Below, piece after piece: positions 57,555 to 64,000 of a stretch of DNA of 64,000 nt. The translations under genes were made by a program, and so were the position numbers. Source of the stretch: Eledone cirrhosa (taxonomy: Eukaryota). Positions within the stretch are counted from its first letter, which is position 1. Each line of letters starts with the position of its first letter. The notes beneath the pieces are model-generated. The model did not search any database. It was not told where the DNA came from and saw only the letters and a program-made list of their open reading frames with translations. The DNA lies in the NCBI GenBank assembly GCA_964016885.1, contig OZ024751.1, forward strand, positions 30,504,001-30,568,000. The letters run 5' to 3'.

Positions 57555-58098
57555 TATGTAACCCATGTGCAACCACGCAGTATTCTTCTTTCTTCTCATG
57601 TTTTTTATATATATTTACCTCGGCTGCGTTTGTCTGTTTCTCTCTTACTGCTTCCCCGTTCTCTCTGTTTCTCTCACCTTCTTTCGCCCCCTCTGTCAGT
57701 TACACTTTCTCTCGACTGACCGCTTCCTCGCACTTCCACTCACTCACTCTCTGTTTCTCTCCTTCTCACTTCCTCCCGTTTGGCTTACAGTGGGTCTCTT
57801 CTTGCTTACATCTCACTCACGTCGGACGTCTGTACCTTTCGCTCATGGAATCCACCCAGCTTATGCTGACCAGGACAACCATGTTGCTTGTTTTTTTTCC
57901 TTTCTTTGGTTTGCTTTTATCGCTTTACGCGATTTACTGGTCCCAATAACTTGTTTTAGTTACTGCTCGCACCAACCTGAGGTATATGATTTTTAATGCG
58001 ATGAAATACCAATGATGGTTGGAAAATCACTGACGAAGGACTATTTTTATCATATGTAACCCATGTGCAAATCACGCAGTATTCTTCTTTCTTCTCAT
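57555..58098 (+). mobile_element. ~498-bp unit with a 45-bp terminal direct repeat (pseudo-LTR-like)
   Basis: TATGTAACCCATGTGCAA..CACGCAGTATTCTTCTTTCTTCTCAT at 57555 and 58053; truncated CTGACGA-A-GGAC at 58030; ends in TA. Confidence 0.5.
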
Positions 58099-58101
58099 AT
58101 T

Positions 58102-58132
<31 letters not shown>

Positions 58133-58884
58133 ATGTATATATATATGTAGGCAAGTATGTCTAAACTGACACGACCACAATGAAACAGGAGAGCTATTGT
58201 TTCCACATGAAAACCTACAACTACACCACAAAAGAAGTCATAGTAACAACTTGTTGATAACTGTTAACAGCCAAAAGAAAAATAGGGAATCATCGATGAC
58301 AATTTAGTTATGTGTGGGTCTGTGTGTGACTGTGTGTGTCTGTGTGTGACTATGTGTGTGTGTGTGTTATGTTTTTATCCATTGTTTTTGTTTTATGTAT
58401 TTTACGTGTTGTATCATTTCTTGAAAGCAGCCGCTGTTTGTAGGTAACCAGAAACACCCCCCCCCCCCCAAAAAAAAATATATATATACATATACAAGTA
58501 AGAAAATAGATCGCTAAGGTACGTATGTATATATATATATACATGTATATATATATGTTAGATATCAATTTACACATAACTTGATGTACGCCCACTGTTA
58601 TTAATAAAATGTGAAAAACTCAGTGAAGCCTAACTGTCGACAGTCCGGCGATCAACTCAGTCATTCGTATGAAATCGGCCAACATGGCGAGAAACAACCA
58701 CCAGAATATTTCTACAGAGGTGTGTTCGGGTGCAGATTTTTGCACCAAGAAAAAAAAATTATTAGGCTCCAACAAAATGTTAAGCACTATATTGATTTTA
58801 GAATTTAAAGATTCGGTGGACGTTTCATTATAGGACTTGTATTATTTGCTATGGAGAATGTTTTGTGATTTTGTGAGTTTTACA

Positions 58885-59100
58885 GGGCAGTGGTTTGCAG
58901 AGTTGTTAAAGCGTCAGATAAATACTTAACAATATTTTTCTAGAATTTTACAGTCTGAGATCAGATCTCGCCGAAGTCAGTTTTGTCATTCTTACTTTGG
59001 AGATCGATAAAATAAAATACCAATAAACTTTTAGGGTCGTTATAATTGACTTTCCCCTCCCCACAAATTACTGGTTTTGTGTCTAAATTAGAAATTATTA
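58885..59100 (+). mobile_element. SINE family 2, diverged (further fragments at 23668-23786 -, 36920-37030 +, 57232-57351 -)
   Basis: GATCGATAAAATAAAATACC core and CCCCTCCCCACAAATTACTGG tail. Confidence 0.65.
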
Positions 59101-59327
59101 TGAATTAGGTTTGTGTGCGGAAAAATATAAGTACTAAAGAAAAATTCATACTCTCTATAGAATATCTTCTACAGAATATCTCATATACAATATTTATATA
59201 CAGTATCTTATACACAGTATCTATTATACAGTATCTTTTTTAGAGTACCTTCTATAAAATATCTTCTATAGAATATTTTCTATAGAATATCTTCTATACA
59301 GTATTTTCTGTAAACTATCGTCTATAG

Positions 59328-59661
59328 CAGAGGGTTTCAAACGTTTGGGGCCACCGCCCCGCTTACGGTTTCGTAATACCCTCAGCGACCCCCCAACCCT
59401 ATTTCGATGCAAATTGTAAATAATATATAATAAATAAAATCGTTATTTTATATATAAGTATGTATACGTAACAGCCGTACTAAGAGTGAGTGAGAAATGA
59501 AATTTCGTTTAATTTTTTCCATTTAAATGATATTATATATACTATGTATAAATAAATATTATATATTATTTATTTTACTATCATCTCAGTCGCCCCCCCG
59601 TGCCCCATGGACCTTCTCAAAGCCCCTCGGGGGGTGGTAACACCCACTTGGAGAACCTCGG
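59328..59661. mobile_element. hAT-type MITE
   Basis: CAGAGGGTTTCAAAC / CTTGGAGAACCTCGG ends; perfect 8-bp TSD GTCTATAG. Confidence 0.8.
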
Positions 59662-59717
59662 GTCTATAGAGGTCTATATAGTATGTTCTATAATATATCA
59701 TGTATAGAACATCTATA

Positions 59718-59894
59718 CAGGGTGTTCCTAAAGTCTGGACACATAGGAATGGTGAGGTTAACCGACAGAATGTTCGATATTGGTCGCAAACTAATCCCTA
59801 TTGAGCAAAGATATGCTATTTATTAATATTTCAATTAAATGAAATTTTGATGAATTGTTTTATTGAAAATATACATTTTTCCTATGGCTCCCTG
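59718..59894. mobile_element. Tc1/mariner-type MITE, right TIR internally deleted
   Basis: TA-CAGGGTGTTCCTAAAGTCTGGACACATAGG .. CCTATG..CCCTG-TA. Confidence 0.5.
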
Positions 59895-60687
59895 TAGAAT
59901 ATTTTCTATAGAACATCGTCTATAGACTTCCCCTATACAATATCTTCTATACGATATCTACAGAGTGTCTTCTCGAGGATATCTTCTCTACAGCTGGAAT
60001 TTCATCAGACATCCGCCTGTCTCATTAGCCTTGTTGTCGCCTTTAAGGTTACTGGGTCAGCTAGTTTGATAGGTGGAGTACACACTCACACACACGCACA
60101 CCTACATAATACATACACACATACACACATACATACATACATACAACATGCATACATACAACATACATACACACATACATATACACACATATACAAACGA
60201 ATACACACGCACATACAATTGATTTTTGACACCCTGCGGGATGAAAAACAAAACCCGTCAAAAGGCGGGGAACTCAGAAGAGTCAACGGCTATCCTATAA
60301 AGTACTTTTTTAGGGGAAGACAGTGGAGTGAGAGACCCCTAGTCTTCATTAAGACATGACTCTAGGAGAAAGTCACTCTGATATAAAATCTGCGACTTCG
60401 TTTGCATCCAATGATATAGACCAGTTCTACTTTTGGATAAATGCTCTCGATGTTCAGAAGGTGAGATTGACTCACTTAAAAAAGCTTCGAGCACAAGCAT
60501 CGCTTGATATGTGATATATTTTGCGATGCATGGCATGGCTGACCGTAGGCTCAGTGTTAAGTATCAAGTGATATCATTACTCGAAATCGAGTTGCAGCCA
60601 TCATGTATGTATTGATGGATGGGTTGATGTATATTTGAAAGCATGAAGTCATGACACCTTTTACATAACAGGCTTGAGTGTAACTGT

Positions 60688-60735
<48 letters not shown>

Positions 60736-60830
60736 AACGTGTATGTGTGTGTGTATGTGTGTGTATGAAGTCATGTCAATCACAGCCTGTATGCATGTTT
60801 GTGCATGTGTTTGAACGCGTGTATGTAATT

Positions 60831-60911
<81 letters not shown>

Positions 60912-61794
60912 TTGTGTGTCTGCGCGCTAGTGTATATGTGTACGTGAGTGTATGAAGTCATGAGAGTTAGTTGTGTCACGCCAACCATCTTCTATTACTA
61001 TGTCTATCTATGTCTTCAATCTATCATATTCTATGGATTTTCTTTTCAAATTTCCCTCGTCAGGACATCTACCCATTCAACCACCAAACCTCCACCCTAC
61101 TAAGCCACCAAACCTCCACCCTACCAATCCATCAAGCCAGCCACCAGCCACCAACACACCAAACCACAAACCCACCACCTTACCAACACCCCAAGCCACC
61201 CACCCACAAAGCCAACCACCAAACCACCAACCCATCCGCCAATCCACCAACCCACCCTATGTATACATTTTAAACCCGCAACCAAAACAAACAACAAATT
61301 CGCCACCCAACAAGCAACACCCACGACTATCTACCCCTGACCTCACACACACCACACACACACACACAGTACGACAGACCCGACCACAAACCCTGCCATG
61401 GGTCACCCACAAAATAATAAAAAATAAAATGGCTCAGACATGATGTCAACTCGTCCAGTGAGAGGAGAAAATGCAATCTCAGTGAAGGACGGCAATCGGT
61501 TCATCGGAAATTCGAATCTCATTGATCAGTCGATTTATACAGTAGAGATCAAGAAGATTAGTCAAAACTGGAGACAGATTTAGGGAGATGTCTAAAGTTT
61601 GGTGCAAACTGATCCGATTGTCTCATCTTTCACTCATTCATTTAGTTTCATTTGCCCGCCATTAGACAGGTTCCTTAACATACAGCCAGCTACTAAATCA
61701 CGCTTTCTTTTCTATTAATTACAAACATGTGTATGTTTATATATATCTCTCTTTCTCTCCCTCTCTCTCTCTCTCTCTCTTTCTCTCCTCCTCC

Positions 61795-61832
<38 letters not shown>

Positions 61833-62123
61833 TTAATGGAGGCACGTGGCTTAGTTGTTATAGTATTTCGTTTGTGGTCGCGAGTTCGTCATTCGATGAA
61901 GCTTAAATTGTTGCTTAAATTGTTGTAGTCACATTTTCAACGTTAGTTAAACCAGGGAAACAAATTTACATCATGTTCGGGTTGTGCATTAGGCGGGAAT
62001 ATGTATTACTCGGAGGAAAACCCCTGGGTAACCCCTAGTTAAAAGTTATAGTTTTATGCCGATATATATATACGCTAACAGGTAGACAAAACACAAGCGA
62101 ACAGTACTTGTATACTCACTAGA

Positions 62124-62202
<79 letters not shown>

Positions 62203-62988
62203 TACACCCCTGGTATGACCAAAACTAAAAGCAGAAATCGGTGTAGGTCAATCAAAGAGGGTTTCTTCCGGTAGATATGAAAAGGCCCTGGATTGAATTG
62301 GATTGAATATATAAACATATATATATATATACATATATATATATAGACATGTCATCACTGTACTTTATTGTTCCATCGTGTTGTTTTCCTTATTGACTTT
62401 TCGTACACACACATTCACAAATATATGTGTATATATATACACACACATATATATATATATGTGTGTGTGTACACATACGTATGAGAAATAGTTATGAGAA
62501 AAGCATGTGCAGTGTTGACGGAAAACGATTATGACACCATATAAAGTAAAACATGTTTTCAACCAGCCTTACACTGACGACTGACTGCACACGGTTGGTG
62601 TTTGCTCAGTTAACTAATCCCTCAAGGTTTCTGCCAAAGAAACCCGAGATATTTCGACTGTCTTAAATTCTTCTTGTTTTGTTTTATGGTTTCATACACC
62701 AGGGAAAAGTTAGTGTGATACTGTTGAAGTGTGAGAGAATACATGTTTCTGAAATCTAAATCATGGCTAGAAAGTTTCAAGAACACTGAGGAAATTTCGC
62801 TCTTTTAGGGTTACATCATGCAACGATACAAGACGGTACTTAAGTCATTGAAGGGTGAAATCTGCGCTAAAGCGAAAACTCACAAAATATCTTGTGAATA
62901 AGATTTTCACTGCATATCCTGTTTTACATTTGGCGAGCTGCTGAATTCTGCTTTGTTCAAAACAGCTGGTAGCAACTGAGAACCATTC

Positions 62989-63034
<46 letters not shown>

Positions 63035-63574
63035 TTCGCAATGTCTTTAATTGCGATATCTCACTTCTATACCAAATTCATATTTATTAAACTTTCTCTT
63101 TCATTTGAAAAAGGTGTACATATTTTCTAACGAACTTGATCATTTACGCCATTTCATATGCGATTATTGAACATGAAAAAGATAACAACATTTTTTTTTT
63201 TTTCAAACCTTGACTTCCGCTATTCTTTATTGACCAAGCAAGGATTACGTTTACCTAATACCATGTTTTTGTCCTGCTTTTGTTCTATAGAAATAGTTGG
63301 CTGTCATGTCGATTCCCTTCTTCTCGATTTAATCCATCAAATGTTGTTAGTGATCCTAATATATTTATATTCCAGAATATTTCAATACCTATCTTAATAG
63401 GTTAATTGTCAATGTATGTCTGTATGTATGAGTATATGTATGCATGCATCTATGTATGTATTTGCTTGTCTGTATGTATGTAAGTATATATATATATGCC
63501 TGTGTGTATGCATGTATACATGTATGTATGTATGTATGCATCTATGCATGCATGTATGCATGTATGTATATATG

Positions 63575-63619
<45 letters not shown>

Positions 63620-63621
<2 letters not shown>

Positions 63622-63813
63622 CGAAGGAATTGTGGTAAGGAACCAGATGGACCATAACGCACCAGAGTACTCAATACTTAGGGTAGTAGAGTGGGTAATA
63701 GGAAAAAGAATGACCCCGACGGCAGAGCTCAAGCCGTTTCGACGGGTATTTCTGGACTGAAATAGCCGTCGAAACGGCTTGAGCTCTGCCGTCGGGGTCA
63801 TTCTTTTTCCTAT
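63620..63813 (-). mobile_element. Family A element with fold-back hairpin (63698-63813)
   Basis: Same architecture as 51189-51382; (TA)n flanks. Confidence 0.75.
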
Positions 63814-63944
63814 ATATATATATATATATATATATAGTTGTTATATAGTAAGGTGTATGTAAGGTATATGGGGAACAGAACTCTAGTGAGTGAACATCGT
63901 TATTTTTCCTCCCTCTTATCAAAGATTTGAAGACAATTCATTAT

Positions 63945-63998
63945 TCACCTGATGAGATCACACGATCGATCTATCTCTTATTGAAACATGTGTCGTGA
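63945..63998 (+). ncRNA. Candidate type I hammerhead ribozyme (canonical core, irregular stem II)
   Basis: TCAC-CTGATGA-GATCACACGATC(GATCTATCTCTTATT)-GAAA-CATGTG-TC-GTGA: stem I TCAC/GTGA, stem III ACA/TGT, GUC triplet. Confidence 0.5.
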
Positions 63999-64000
63999 TT

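Overview
AT-rich, microsatellite-saturated eukaryotic non-coding DNA (intronic or intergenic). The repeat types (tRNA-derived SINEs, piggyBac/hAT/mariner MITEs, RTE fragments, very long (TA)n/(CA)n/(TACA)n tracts) suggest a cephalopod, probably Octopus; this is an inference. No host protein-coding gene can be supported, and almost all listed ORFs are translations of simple repeats. The most notable structure is a very young 591-bp tandem unit (46057-48588) arranged as a ~2.4-kb near-perfect palindrome inside a (TA)n tract. Every full unit carries a predicted type I hammerhead ribozyme with a compensatory U3-A8 core (UUGAUAA instead of CUGAUGA), making it a candidate retrozyme or Penelope-mobilised circular-RNA element. 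The window also holds several other microsatellite-embedded short elements with whole, half or decayed hammerheads. Their inverted 5' junctions map onto the ribozyme helices, and several share a GTATTGAGTAC motif near the 3' end. All folds were derived by eye and need computational and biochemical confirmation.
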